Shown: positions 1 through 27,371 of the stretch, one piece after another
Numbering within the stretch: position 1 is the stretch's first letter
How the letters are laid out: each line of letters opens with the position of its first letter
DNA from: Paraspadella gotoi
Lineage: Eukaryota; Animalia; Chaetognatha
NCBI GenBank assembly: GCA_051294375.1
Contig: CM119264.1
Location: forward strand, 21,246,645 to 21,310,644
Direction of reading: 5' to 3'
Length of the DNA stretch: 64,000 nucleotides
Program-made: the position numbers and the translations under genes
The notes under the pieces: model-generated
Seen by the model: the letters and a program-made list of their open reading frames with translations, nothing else
What the model was told of the DNA's origin: nothing
The model's database searches: none

Positions 1-1609
1 CATACTTGGAGTTGTATCACTAATAAGTCTAAAACAAACTACTCTACACATTTTTCAGATGGGTTTTTATGCTTTTATGAGTTTTATGAGTTAAAAAACT
101 TATCAATTTATTTCAATTTGACTTTTTATTTTATGTAAATGTTTATTTCATAAAATAGTTGCCCTATTTTCTAGGGAATCTCTGAAAAAAAAATCAAATC
201 TGAATTTAAAAAATTAAAAACAGTAAGCCATTTTTTTAAGACATCGGCGTTGAACAAACTCCATCATCACATCCCGTGCTTGTTTATGTTGTAGTGAATC
301 TTGCAAAAGTAATGAGTACAGAATTTAACTTTCTTGACGAAGTGAAGTTAAAAACGAAGAGTTGCAGCTCAAACCACAGGACTCTTCTTGAAGAAAAAAA
401 TATCTTGGGCAAGAAGGAAAGGTGGGGGAGATTCTATGAGCGCGTTTTTGGAAAAATGTTTTTCGTTTCAAAGATATCAAGGAATTTATCCAAAAATTGA
501 CTAAAATAATCAAATTTTCTATGAAGGAAGGCAAATTTTGAAAGTATCTTTTCATAGAATTGGAGTTCGTGACCTAAAAGTAATCCATGCCAAATTTCAT
601 GAGAAATCGCCTTACCGTTTGGGCTGCAACTCTTCAAATAGGTTTCTTTTATTTTATATAGTAAAAAAAAAATCGAAAAAACGATAACGCCTTTGAAAAA
701 ATAGTAATGTGAATACATTTTCGGAATCGTCAGGAGCTCTCCTTTCGAAATCCGAGCTCGGTTTTAGCCTAATTATAATTTGAATTGAGTGATCCCGGAC
801 CTTAAAGTAACGTTGACTTCTGAACTTTACGTATAGAAATCTAGATGAGCAGCGATTGTTAGTAATAGACGAACGGCCGTAAATCTTTAGGTGATATGAC
901 ACTAAATTTTCTGTAAATATGTCTCAAATCATTTCTATGAAGTTTAAGGTCACGATATGTCCGCGTCGAAAGTTCAGAGTATTTAGGGTTTAATGGATTG
1001 AAAAAAAATTCTATATAAAAAAAAAAAACATCCGGAGTGAAAAGGAGATTAAAATTCGTTTAAGAGCAATAATGCTTGTTAAGAGCTAACAGAGAATTAA
1101 TTAGTTTTTTATTACAAGTAACCCCATTCATAAAAGATTGGGAGTTCGGTTCTGCGAATAGTAAATACGGGAACATTCAATGTAAAGACAACCTAATTTT
1201 TTTTTCTACCACTGTCATGATTCCTTTTCAATACACTAACGTTGTTATTTTCTAACCTCGGTTTGGCAACGCTTTAAAGATTGACAATTATTATGAACAT
1301 ACATACTTAAGACCAATTAAAAATGTATTGACGATCAAACTATTCTTCCAAAAAAATGTTACATCTTTTGCATTTTTCCATGTTCACATTTTTTGTTTTC
1401 ACCCGGACTGTCTTTCTCTTCGTCGTCGTCCTCATCGGTAGTCCTCCTTTTTTGGAGTCGCGGTCGTCGACATCATCCTTATCACCCGCGCCCAATTCAC
1501 GTCACCGATCCATAATCCGTCACTTCATGTTGGACGCATCATCATATCTCGTCAGCCGTTGTCATCGGCGGGACGCCTTTTCGAGTAATGTGACAGCCGC
1601 AGCAGAGAG

Positions 1610-1645
<36 letters not shown>

Positions 1646-2330
1646 GAGGCAAAAAAAAGATAAAAAGAAAAAAGTGATTTTGTCGGCGTGTGTTTGTTGT
1701 GTGTGTGAGCAGAATCAGCAGATGTCTAAGTCATATGACTAAGCAATGTCAGACTTTTAACTATATTTTATGCTTTAAAAAGTAAAAAATATTTTCGAAA
1801 AAAAGGGGAAAAAACATTAAAGAGGATGAAAAATTTTAAAGTTAAAATGCCACCATTAACCCCGCGGATCAGGGAATGTTTACAGTTTTCCTTTGTTTTT
1901 CCCACCGAAATGACGCCGACGACAAAAGTGACATAAACGAAACCAGTGACGATGACGCCAAATTGAAAATTTCATTTTTTGGATAAGGAGGTTACGCCAT
2001 AGCTTTTAGAATAATCGTTAAAATTAAGGGTGTAAAACGTACCAAAGCAAAGGCAATGACTTCTATTATTTATAAATTTTATATTTTCTTTTATTTAATC
2101 CCATGATTACGATGTCCTTGAGAGAGATAACGCCCCGATGACATAATGACAGTGACACCGACGAAGACATTAACGATCGCGAGGACAATCGCCGAAACGC
2201 GATTCTCGGAATTGAGACATCAAAACCCGAATCGTCGCCGAATGGAGAAAATCCGCGTCAAACAAAGATTCGTCTTCCGACTTTATTCGTTTTTAAAGAT
2301 CGAACTCCGTTTTATGGTTTATGTTGCTTG

Positions 2331-2404
2331 ATAGATGGGTCGCTTGAATGCCTGATAGCTGGTTTTTGATAGATGGGTCGCTTGAATGCCTGATAGCTGG
2401 TTTT
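2331..2404. repeat. Perfect ~38-bp tandem duplication
   Basis: atagatgggtcgcttgaatgcctgatagctggttttt occurs twice in a row. Confidence 0.9.
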
Positions 2405-2449
2405 TTCCTCTCTGACTATATCGAGCTCTCTTGATATGTTGCCTGATTA

Positions 2450-4214
2450 AGGGGTGAACTTAGGCAAAGATTTTTTCTTAAATAGGTAATAGACATTTTT
2501 TTGGTTTACCTAGTAGTTAACTGAATAAATAAGCAATTTTTAATTGAGGAAAGGATCTTTAAAACTAAAATATAACTGATAAACTTATGATCTAATTTGT
2601 TAAGCTTTAAAAGGGAAAGGTTATCTTTAAGCCAAATGATATTAAATTAAGTATTGTAGTCTAATTGTATTATATTATAGTCTAACCTTGTGTTGTATAG
2701 ATGCTCCCTTTATTTCCAGAAGACAACACTGACCTCCCCCTCCCAAAATGAGTTATTAGATATAATAAGCAAATAATATTTTTAAAAAGTAATATATATA
2801 TAATTAAATAATATATTTTAAATAATAAAACATTCATAAAATATAAAAATATAAGATAGTGAAACAAGTAATTTTGCAAATTTTCATATAAAATTAAAAA
2901 AATAACAAAATAGGATATTTTTTGGTATTAATTTTTAAACAAAATCTTTATCAAATATAAAACTTTAATTTGCCAACATTGAAATTCAATTAGTTCTAGC
3001 CCAATTATTTTTAATGAAAGATAAAATAATTTTATAAAAAAAATTAATAGTTAAAAATATGTTTGGTGTTAAGTATTTGGTGTTTGGTGACAGGGGTTGG
3101 AGTCTATTATATAGTTGTTTCTAATTAAGATAAACATTTTTCAGTATGTTCAAGAATGTCATTATTTACTTTGAGTTAAAATCTTTGTTAATAATGAAAA
3201 AATAAAAGGATAATTTTTTTAGATTTTTTTTATTTGAAAATCATATCCATAGGATATTTACTTTCCATATCGAGCTCAAAGTTTTTAATATAATCAGCTA
3301 GGGAGGTATTGTGTAATCCATATCATATTCTGCAAAGAATTCTAATGAGCTTTGACATTCTAAATAAAATACAAAACATTTTTGGGCGACTTGAGTCTTG
3401 TGTACATTTTTACATCATCTCTGATCAAGGTTTTAATCTTGTCAATCATATCAGGATACTACTGAATATGAAATTGGTACAACCAATATAAAAATTAGCC
3501 ATTCGTTTAATAAATAAGCTATCTTGCCCCTGACTTTGGACAGGCTTTGGTGGTTTAAGGCCTCCATCACTCTTACAAGATAATGACATAGCAGGTCCCT
3601 GCAAGCTTTCATTCAAGACTCTCTCACAGTCTTGTTTATTCTTGAGTACCTGGCTTCCCTATCAATAAAGTGGAAAATATTTCAAAGAATGTTTCAATTG
3701 TATGAATAGACCACTCCCTTAAGTAATAGATCGGGGAATACTTATTGTACTCCGCACTAGCATCAAAATACAAGGAGCTGAATTTTATGAAATTGGTACA
3801 TTGTTACATTTCAAATCTCTTTAAATGTATGCATTTTTATTGTTATTACTAATTTATTTATTATCTGTTAATTTTTTTATTTATCAATGAATTAATCTTC
3901 TTTAATAATTTTATTGGTTCTGGGTCTGGTAATAGCCAAGTAGTTACATACTTAATATTTTAAAACCAACAATACTTTTCTCAGATGGCATAAAATATGA
4001 GTATCAGCATTAAGTATGTAATAATAGTAATAACAAATTGAAAATATAGTTGATAACAAAATTAAAACAATAAAAGAAAATATATTGTTTTTTTATCTTT
4101 AAAAATTTATTTATAAGCAAAATATTTAATTTAAAAAAATCATTTCTTTACCTGGGCAATTTCAGTAACACTTTGCAAAGTTAATCAGGCAAAATATTAC
4201 CAAAGTTCACCCCT
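2450..4214. mobile_element. Degenerate non-autonomous TIR DNA transposon (TA target site)
   Basis: ta|AGGGGTGAACTT at 2450 and AAGTTCACCCCT|ta ending at 4214, with weaker similarity further in. The interior is AT-rich with a decayed, unidentified coding-like stretch at ~3300-3780. Confidence 0.55.
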
Positions 4215-6723
4215 TATGCTTGATATATCCCGCTCTTTAACAAAACGGCAATTATATTTTTAAATGTTTATTATCTTAGATATGTTTAAAAATATTTTTG
4301 GATATTTTTTAATAAGTATTTTTTTCTTATTCTTTTTTATTTTATTTTTTTTTTTATTCTATGTCGAGATCAAAGCATTTAAATCAGATATCATATATTA
4401 AAATGTTTTGATTTATAAAATATTTTTACAAAAAGTTATCAGTGCCGCGGTAACAATTCAATTTAAGCCCTTGAAAGTGATTTACATGTATAGGCGCAGC
4501 CACTGGTTATATTTTTGGATTGAAAGAGGGAGCAACAAAACGTTTATAAAAGGGTGATTCTCCTCAATCGGGCGTAAAACTCGAGCCAATGTTTATGTTT
4601 ATTTTCAGGGTTTTTTTAAAATGTAGTTTTTTTATTTTCATTTTCTCTCGCGACTCTGGCGGTTTTCTTTTCGTCTCTTTGGATGGTACTAGATCATATT
4701 ATCGTTTATTCCTTGTTACTGATCACAGTTTATTGTGAATAATATTTTGATATTTTTTTTGTCGTTGGTCGTTGCCGTTAAACGTCCTTGTTCTTCAACC
4801 TGGACGGCGCCTTTGTTGTTTCTCACACGTGAAAGACAAAGTTTCGTTGTTCTTCAACAACATGAGTGGTTTTTTTTTTTTAATCGTCTGTGTCATTGAT
4901 TGTCGTCTTTATCGTAGGTCATTCGAGAGGAGCACTGGGGAACATAAATTTTACTTGAGTGAACAAACAAGGATATTTAGACGTGAGATAGTATGATTAA
5001 GGAGTACAAAAAGTATTTTGCTTATATTGTGTGGGGAATAGTATCATTAATTACAATATATTTATAGTAATATCCTTATAAAAAATTTTTTTAAGAATCT
5101 GATTCTTAAAGTTAAAATATAAAATATGTCTTCAGCATCAAAAATGAAGGAAAAGGTCAAAATTCTCTACTTTTTCGCGTTTTGTAGTAGAAACTATTAT
5201 AGGATGAAACGTTTTCGTCATATTTCGTAGCATTAATCTAAAAATATCATGAAACATATTTTACAAAAGTTTTTTTATTTTTTTCCGGCGAATCCGAAAC
5301 TGTTCTTAAAATTAAAAAATTAGGATTTTGAAATTTTATGACTTTATAAAGATATTACTATAAATAAAATTTAATTAATGATACTGTTATGCAATTTTTT
5401 TTTTTAAAAAGGACTTAATTATTTTTTATTACATGTACAAAGGCAGCAAAAAAACACCCTATTGGTCATGGTCTTCGTCGTCATGGATCGTCGACGTTTT
5501 CGCTTTAAGCCTTCGTCGTCTTTAGCCTTAAGTCGTCGTCTTCGTCGTTGGTCGTCGTCGTTCCTCATCAGACCTTGTCGTCGTCGTCGTCGTCGTCGTT
5601 TGCGCTCATCGTCATCATCATCCTCTTTCCGCTCTCCTTTCTCCCTCCCTCCCTTCCTTTCTCCTCCTTCGCTAATGTCGTTATTGTGAGACTCGTGTAA
5701 TCTTCTGAACTGCGGTGAAAGTTAAAAGGAACTCCTTTTCTCCGGGAGAGGGGGGGGAACGCCGGGAACGGGGGGCGTGTCAACAAGGAAGCGGCTCCGA
5801 ACCGAACGAAGGCGGGCGGAGGTGAGAGAGGAGGGGTTGGTGGAGATTTTCGGGTGGGGGAAGCGGAGAATATGTGATTGCGATTTAACGGAGAGTTTTC
5901 TTGTTTAAAAGGAAATCACCGGTTGTGGGCGTGAAGACGACTTTATAATCACCTTTTTTCTCCCTAAAATGAAATTTCGGAAAAGTTTTGAAAAAAAGTA
6001 ATTGCTGAAACTCTCAAAAAATTCCGAGATTATCTTTGTTAATAGGGAAAAATGTTTACAAACTAAAAAGTCTTTAGACTCTATTTTTTTTCTTACAAGA
6101 ATTCATTTTATTAGTTGTATTAGTTTCTCCCACTTGCTTTATAATAAACAGGATGAAAAACATATTTAAAGATTAATTAAAATAAAACAAAAGTTGCATG
6201 AACTTTTCGTAATCGTTTTCCCTAGAATTCACAATTTTGTTATCTATTTTAGTAAACGACTTTGGCTTTCTTTTCACAAAGTAAACACCAAGGGAAACCT
6301 GTATTTGTGAGAAAATCTGAAAAGTATACATAGTACTATTTGAAGAGGATTATTTACACTCACACTGCTCAAACAAGAAGCTGTTAATCAAAACGTGTAC
6401 AAATTCAAAGTTTACTGTGAATGCAAAACATAAACGCAATAGTAACAGAGGCAATAGTTAGTTAACATCAATGACACGAAAACTTTGTACTCGATTCTCT
6501 TTAATCACGACCGCGAGCTCTCTCCTGTTTATCATTGCGTCACTTGACGCTGCCAATTTTGGAGTCGTTTTTCGCGGCATCGGCGCCACTTTAGGCGGCG
6601 TTGTCCCGTAGCGTCTCCGCGTCTCAAGTCACCCGCGCCCCCTGACGGACGACGACGACAAAAACGCGAGGCGGATTCGTGGCGTCGCATCGAGTAATCG
6701 CGTTAACAACGACTTCCGGTGAA

Positions 6724-6725
<2 letters not shown>

Positions 6726-6810
<85 letters not shown>
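6726..6810. repeat. (GA)n microsatellite
   Basis: Pure GA run. Similar runs occur at ~1605, 7262, 28218, 29518, 31955, 33480, 41360, 44225, 45140, 49880, 54230, 59800 and 60900. Confidence 0.98.
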
Positions 6811-6812
<2 letters not shown>

Positions 6813-7259
6813 CAACAGCGGCCGTCGATATATTTTGTTTGTGTATACATTCCGGAAGGCTGCAAAGTGGATTTTTCGTTTGCTTTTTCTCTTTGCTCTT
6901 TTTATATTTGCGTGTATATATTTTCTTCCTGCAGAAAATACCTTTATCCAATATTGAGCGATGATAAAACTAAATATGACATTTAAATAAACTTCAACTA
7001 TGAAGATATTTAAATTAAGTATACATTTCAAATATTTATAGGATAATATTAAATTCATTTTTTCTATGCAAATATCTGTATGAATTCTGCTGACCGATTG
7101 CCCCTGACTGGTCAGTGATCACATATTAGTTCAAATTTTCGTCCGATTGCTCTGCGGCGGGGCAAATAATCCTAATCCGCTTTAAAAAAGTTGCAAGGAA
7201 GCGATTACGGTTCATTCTTGAAAGAGAAAAAGAGTAAAAAGAGAGAAAAAATACAGAGT

Positions 7260-7298
<39 letters not shown>

Positions 7299-7538
7299 GT
7301 GGAGATCGGAAAGGATTGCGGGGTCGATGGTGCCTGATTTGGTTTTAATGACGTTTAGACTTAGCTCGGATTTACTGGTGCGAACAACTAAGCGAAGCAC
7401 TTTTTTCATTCTCGATAAACTCGATGAAACAAAACTAATCGCTAAATAACTCACCTTGTGTTTTTCACTTCCTCCATTCAAGACGAGAAATATTTCTTTT
7501 GTTTACGTTTTACTCCCTTTTTTTATATGTCTCTACAG

Positions 7539-8524
7539 TAGAGCGTTCAAATATAACAAAATAAAAGATATTAAATTCCATTCATAATTATTTTACTGTA
7601 ATAAGGTCTGAAGAATTCGATGGTGATGACCATTTTTTTGTATAATTTCATCTTTCTTGTCGGAAATGACGATTTTTAATGTATATAAAATGCTAATAAA
7701 ATAGGGCAAACATTATAAGTTATGATAAATCAAATTATTAAATTTTTTTAAAATTTACATGAGCTTTTGAAATATAAAAATAAAGACCTTTAAAAATATT
7801 TTGGTAAATTTATTTCTCAATTTTATATTTCATTAAAATTTAGTTAGCTATATTTATTAATAATTATGAATAAAAATTAGGCTAAAGTTAAAAGATAATA
7901 ATTTAAAAATTTTTATCCCGGATTCGCATTCCTTGCAAAAAGTTAATATAAGAAAATATAATTTTTAGTAAAAAATTATGTCATTAAGTTAGTCAAAATT
8001 TAGAAAAACTATAATTTTAAGCCAAAAATAGTAAAATTAAACAAAAATCATAGTTTTTAACATTTTTAACCAACTTAATAAAAGAATTTGTTAAAATGGA
8101 TTTTACTTTCTTATATCAACTTTTTGCAAGGAATTCAAATCCGGTTTTAAAATTTCAAAATATTTATTTTTAACTTTAGTCTATTTTTAACTATTAATTA
8201 TTAATAAATATAGCTAACAAGCTCTTAATAAAATATAAAATTTGTAAATAAACTTACCAAAATATTTTTATGAGTTTTTATTTTCATATTATATAAGCTA
8301 AATATGATTTTTATAAAATTTTAATAATTTTAGTTTCTCATACTCTACAATGGTTGCGCCATTTTAATAGCACCTTATATGCTTCAAAAATCGCCATTGG
8401 CGACAAGGAAGATGAACCTATACCAAAAAATTGTTATCATCATCGAATTCTTCAGACCTTATTACATTAAATCAATAATGAATGAAATTAAATATCTTAT
8501 ATTTTGTAATCTTTGAACGCTCTA
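7539..8524. mobile_element. hAT-type foldback MITE
   Basis: Termini TAGAGCGTTCAAA / TTTGAACGCTCTA. The whole ~1 kb is an imperfect palindrome. Perfect 8-bp target-site duplication CTCTACAG at 7531-7538 and 8525-8532. Confidence 0.9.
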
Positions 8525-8698
8525 CTCTACAGGGACTCGTAGAAATAAATAAATACAGAAAACTATAATAGGGATATCTATTGGTAGAAAAAATAACAAC
8601 GATATGTACAACGCTAGGAATTATTTAAAAATTTTTTAACAGTTATTAATGACAAAACTAAATCATTTTCAAATCATCAACAACCACATGAACCTCCT

Positions 8699-20937
<12,239 letters not shown>

Positions 20938-22607
20938 TTTCGAAAATTGTACCGATATTCGCGCTTCGATCCTCTTTTATACTTAACCTAGGGGGAGCCT
21001 TGCTCGGTAAATCTAAAGGGGGAATCGCCTTAGGAATCTGAAATTAAGGTGGTTACTCAAGAATAAGAATTTGCGTAATGGTAACCGTCGAATCTTTGAG
21101 ATCACGTTTCGAAAACAGGTGACCCAGGAATCGATTATGATTTATTTATGATCAATTTATTTCTCCATTGGCATTTTATTTTGTTTAGAAAACAAGTCTT
21201 TGTTGCCACTAAGAAAAGAAGAGTTGAATTGAATCTAAAAAGTAAAAAAGTTATTGGATTATAAATTAATATTAAAACGTGACTTCTTATTAAGAAAGAG
21301 TCACCTCTAGAGTCTCGAGGCAAAAGCTGAAAGTTTTTTTTACCAGATTAACCGGTAATATTCTTATCCAGCAAAATTAATCGTCTTGTTGAAGCGTTCC
21401 GTATAAATCTCTGAGTTGATTGTTCCAAATGATATAAAATATATATGTATATATATTTTATATATACGTAGATTTTATAATTATAAGCTCAACCAAATGT
21501 GATATACTATTCAAGTATCGACATTGTTTGTTAACCAAGTATTACTTAAACCTGATTCTTTATGTATTATAAATTTTCTATAATTTCTCCTTTTAATACA
21601 ATATTTGGTGCGCTTTTAGAAGATATAGCCCATTATTTACTGGAATACTTTCTTCAAAGAAAGTAAGTTTGAAGAATCTAAAGCGGAACAAAGAATTAGC
21701 TTAAGGAGTTCAACCACCTCGAGGACCTCGACAAAAATAGAAGTTAATTTCGAGTTTTCCAAACAACTTTTCATTAAAGTTGTCGTATCTACTTTGACGT
21801 TGACGACGACGAGGGTGACAATCATTATATCAAAACTTTTCTTCGGTCGTATAAACATCGGAAAGGGATAAATTCCTAAAATCTTTTTGTCCAAAGATTT
21901 TTTTACTTTGTTGAACCTGCCGAGAAAAATCTAATACGCCTGATATTGGAGGGAGGAACCTGTTAATGCGCTAAGATATTTGTTGAGCCAAACGCTGCTC
22001 GCTTTTGTTTTTTTTTTGTTTTTTTTTTCTCAAAAATATGAAATTCATCAATCAGCACACAGAAATTCGATCTGAGCTTAAATAACATGAAAACTGTGAA
22101 AACAGTGAAAACTGTGAAAACAAGTGAAAACTGTGAAAACAGTGAAAACTGTTCTTATTGCTGATTATATATATATTTAAAAAATTCACGAATGGAATTT
22201 AAAATTCTCCCCAATAATTTATATATATATATATTACATTATATTATAACATTTAAATTCCGCTTCAAATCACAATCACAATCCTTTTCCTTTCTCTCCA
22301 TAGTTGTCCCGATTACACTCGCCTTATCAATCACTTCGTCTTTTAGACTCTATATGAATCTTTTCGGTCTGTCTAAGTTAGTAAGAATAGAAAGTAAAAT
22401 TACAGAAAAATGCAACATGAGTTTTAGAAAATTCAATGAGAAACAAAAAGAACTTTTGGTCTTGCTCATCTTGAGGAAGAAGCAAAGATAAGGAGCCGGA
22501 GGAAAGAAGGAGAAACAGGGGAAGCGTATTGGCGAAATCATGAAGTGAAACGCAAAATAAGGAAAATTTGAAACATGGATGAAAACTGAAAAGTAATGAA
22601 AGAGAAA

Positions 22608-23026
22608 TTAAGGCATTGGGGCCGCGTCGTGGGTTGGATCTAGTTTCGCTCTTCCCGTCTTCGACAATCCTAACATTTCTTTTCTGTCAAAGACGATAAT
22701 TCCTTCGAATATTCCCCATCCCTCCCCAACCAACTGACCCCGACTATCTTCCATTCCCTCACTCGACGGAATTTTTTTCCAATCGGAAGGTGGGGGGGAG
22801 GTCACGTCATCATCGGTGCGGGTCAAAAGGGTTCCGACTTGATGGCATCTCGATTCCTCTGTTCGCGGAGGAGGGGCGGGTAGGGGAATGGGGTCCAAAT
22901 CCAGACGAATTCGGGGCGGAGGTTCGGCCCAATTCGGGGTTCGCATACAAATGGCGATTCCGGAGTCGCGGACCGCGCTTGGACCCGAGTCTAACGCTTT
23001 GGGGGGCGAGCTGGGGGGAGGCTCTC
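22608..23026 (-). CDS. Possible orphan Pro-rich terminal exon
   Basis: GC-rich island with a 143-aa ORF behind a weak acceptor (tttaactag). No partner exons could be assigned. Confidence 0.25.
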
Positions 23027-25759
23027 TAGTTAAACACACCGGAAAAAGATTCCTTTGAAAAATCCATTTATGGCTTATTTGAATAGTCCAAGTTTTTCTG
23101 TGGAAATTATAATTTTTATTTTATTGATTATTTAATTTTTATTTTATTTCTTTACAAGCAATTTTTTATACAATACGGTCTCATTTTCCTAAAAGGCCAG
23201 TTTTCATGGTAAATTCGTAATTAGGTTAGCGGTTATATATATAAGAGTGATGTGAAAATGATAAAATTTTTGAAAATTAAAATTTAGCACATAAAACATG
23301 AACATAAAAACCAATAAAAATAGTTTGGTAAATTTATTTTTCAATTTTATAAATTAGTGGGCACCAGTGAGCTATATTTATATATAATAATAAGTATGTA
23401 ATAGTAGAGCCAAACTTCGTCAATGGGGTGGGTCAGAAGTTTGATTTGGGAACCTTTCCAAATGAAACTTCATACATTTGTGAAAAAACTTTCAATGGAG
23501 CAAAATTTTCTAAAATGACAAGAAGCATTAGTAATTATTTTTTTAATATTTATTTATAGATAGGAAATTGTCAAAATTTTTTTTTTGAATTTTTTATTTT
23601 TAAAAGCAGATTCAAATAGCTTATCAAAAGTTATCTACACAAAGTATAATTCTTTTTTCAATATTTGATGATAAGTGGGATTAAATTGAGGAAAACCTTA
23701 AAAAATCATCATCATCATCATCCGATGATTTTAGCAGTTTTACTAATTTTTAATAATAAAACATCCAAATTTTAAAAAGTTGTAATTATATTTTTTGTTT
23801 AACTTTTTAAGCTCTATCAGAATCAATTAAAAAAACTTAAAATATCAAATATTTTGACATTATATAGCAATATAATAATATTAATTAGCGAATTACTCAT
23901 GGTTCAACACATTTTTGCAAAAAAATATTTTAACACAATAATTAATACCAATAATAAATTAGTTTAATGCTGTTCCCATTAAAATTTGAATTTTGTTGGC
24001 TACCGCTAATAATAGGCTAAAATTTCAAATTGCAATTTTTAAATTTTAAGATCGGATTTGGATTCTTTGCAAAAAGTTGATATAAGAAAGTACAATTATT
24101 TTTTAAAATTTTTTTCATTAAGTTAGTCAAAAATATAAAAAACTATATTTAAAATACCGATTTTTAATTTTCAGCTTATAGTTTTTTGTAATTTTTTAAA
24201 AAAGATTTGAGGCAAAATGGTTTTTAACGAGTAATCTGAATCTGTTCTCAAAATTAAAAAAAAAAACATTTTGAAATTTTGACATTATAAGGGTAGTACT
24301 ATATACAAAAAAAACTGACTGGGATACTATATTTATAAAAAAAAATAATTACAGATTAGTATTCACTAAATATAACTGCGAAAAGAACAGAACAGAACTG
24401 AACAGAAAACAGAAATTAGAGAACAGAACAAAAACAGAACATAAAATTAAATCCTTTCGTATGTTTCGATCAGACGCTGCGGGCCTCTTCATTCATAAGC
24501 GGGTTCTCTCTTCTTTTTTTTCACTCGGTTTTTCTGCTGTCCAAACTGGAATCTAAGAAGAGGAGCCGTTTATATCTGGCCGAATATTCGGATTCGCGAA
24601 TCTGACCTAAAAAAATGGAAGCGCTAATGATTTTCGGCAACGACCGATATGTTTATGGAAAGGTCGGCCCCGTCGTCTAGTATTCGCGGGTCAGTCCGCC
24701 GTTTGCGCAGTTTTTACATGTATGATAACCAGGAAAAAAAAAATTTGTTATATACCTCGTCTAACCATTGTTAATGCTTCGTATTTCCTGTTTTACTTAT
24801 CGTCAATATCCACGGTTTCTATTTTTAATTTGTTTTGTAGCATTTTCTTTGTGCTGTTTTAGTATGCCCAATTGTCCATATAAAATTTTGGCTGTCGATT
24901 TTAACTTCATTGTAATAAAATTGTTTTGGCTTAGCTTTTTTATCTAATAATTTATTTACTAATTACCACTCTAAATCCAAGTCTCCTGGCTTGAATGAAA
25001 GTGTAAGACAACTCTTTCGCTTTTTCACATTTAAAATTGACAAGCGTTCACCGTCGCCGAAAAAATGGGAACCAGAAAAATGGGAACTGAAGAATGGAAG
25101 CGGAAAGTAGGTTCGAGTTGGGGAAGGAAAAAAACCGGTCCTAGAGTCATTTGCGTCTCACCTTACTCTCTGTACAATCGAATTAGTCTTAACTCAAACC
25201 TGTTTGAAATGTTTGTTTTTCGATCAACCAGATCAACTAGACCAAAAAAGCTTGTCAAGAGAAACCGCACGAAAAGGCCCCGCGTATTGAGGCTAAAACT
25301 AGAGGAAAAAATGTAGTGAGAAAAACAAGTGATCAATTCATCAAAATGAAAAAGGCGAAAAATCATCGAATACTAGCCGTTGATCTTTTCTCCAAAAAAA
25401 CAGAAATAATCGAGTGTGTTGTTTTCCAAATTTTTCACAGACAAAATTTGGATTCTACTAGAAATGGATCCGGACACGACCTAAGAAAAGGGAGCAACTC
25501 TCTCCATTCCCCTCGTTTAAATTTGAATATTGAATTGTTTTCTGTCAGAATCGGGAAGCTAAATTTTTTTGGGGGGTCTCATTTTACATGCGGTAACAAA
25601 TCTTTCTCCAGACCCGGAAAATCTCGCCAAGAAAAAGAAAGATGGGGAGAAAAAAATGAAAAAAGGGAAGGAAAAAAAGAGAAAATGAGAAATAAAGAAA
25701 AAAAAGGCAAAAAGATAAAAAGAGATAATTAAAACAAAAAAATAATTAAATGGAAAATA

Positions 25760-25851
<92 letters not shown>

Positions 25852-27371
25852 CAGAAAGAAAGAAAGAAAAAAAAACTAAGCAAGACAGTACTAAGTAAAA
25901 AAGAAAGAAAAAAGAAAGAAAAGAAAAGATAGAAAGAAAGAAAATATTTAAATTGCAAATGGTGTGTCTCCAGGACAAGAGCCTAGATGTCACCGCCTTC
26001 CTTCCCTCATAATTTAGCCTCCTTTAAGAAAATGATAATCAGCTAAACTCGGTTTTTCTCCTCTCTCTCTCTGTGTCTCTGTCTCTCACCCTCTTTTTCT
26101 CCGGCTCTTTTCCCGAGAGACTCGGAGGGCCTGGGTTCCTGCGAGAGAAAGAGATGGAAATCCGACGAAACTCGTATTTAGGGAGAGTTTGTGTTGTGAG
26201 AAGCGATGCCAGGCAATCCTCGGTAATTGCTTCGTTCGCGATACTTTGGAACCCGCATTTCCTGATTGCAGAACGGATTTTCGGATTTCTCGGAATTCCC
26301 GCTTTTCCTTCAACCGTGTACTAATTAAGGAATGTCGCTTTTAGGATAAACTAATATTTTGCCGTATTAAAAACGAATTTTGGAAGGGAGAAAAAAATTT
26401 TCAAACTAATAAATAGATACTTAGTATTTTCAAATTTTAAATAATTGGTGAAGTGAACAAAGTTTATCACAGTACTTACTAATTCATTATCAAAGCCTAC
26501 ATTAAATTTTAACATTTATTTATGTTTTTGTATTTTAATGTCGAAGATTTTTACTTTACAAACAGATCATAAAGAATTGACATTTTTTGTTTTAAAATAA
26601 CATTGCGCACAAATATTAAAAGAAAATTTGTAATTATATCGTCACCTCTGCTTAAACTTTTGTACAGACGATGGGGAGAGGGAGAGTGTGTGTTATCGTT
26701 TGCTGTAAAATTAAAAACAAAACTAACCAGAGAGAAAAAAAAACAATAAACAAAAATGACGGTAGTTTAACTGCCATGGAAAATTGATAATAAACAAACG
26801 AAGAACCAAATTATAACACACAGAGCTGCCACCGAATAAATCTGGCCTCCTGGGGGTAGGCAGGATGGAAAAGATAGTTAATACAATTACGTAATTATGT
26901 AGTTACTAGGTTTTTTTTTTAACAACAAAGGGAATGTCACACAGTTAAAAAAGTACGCGAGTGGAATAACTACGTATTTCACCATAAAGAACTTTTGTCC
27001 AACCGAAGAAAAATTAAAAGCGAAAAAAAAAATAATTACAATGATTGGAAATCGCTGAGTTAAAAACGAGAAGACGGTGACTGGATTCGTAAAACGGACG
27101 GCGTTCGAATCTCCCGCTTTTCGACGAAGCGCATGGAACCGGCGAAGTCGATTCGCCGAATTAAAGATGAAATAGCGAAGGAAACGTGGGAAGAATGCCT
27201 CGGAGTCAAACCAAACAGGACATGTCTCTGAGTGGCGCCGTCAAGTTATGCACCATTCAGTAATTTAGCACCAAAAGAGGTCTCCAAGGTCTTTGCACAA
27301 GTCGCGTCCTTGATGATGACACAATCGTCGCAGATTAAACATTGCGCGTCGATTGTCTCTCTCTCTCGATT

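Noticed and set aside
5490-5580. CTGATGA hammerhead core on the minus strand
   Set aside because: No stem II leading to GAAA and no stems I/III; it sits in a GAC-rich low-complexity tract.
6624-7058. ORFs with poly-ER, poly-LS or FFLS tracts here and throughout the window
   Set aside because: These are translations of (GA)n and (GAAA)n microsatellites.
7455-7477. Possible first exon ATGGAGGAAGTGAAAAACACAAG|gtgagt (minus strand)
   Set aside because: Good donor, but no downstream exon in 1-7450 could be linked to it.
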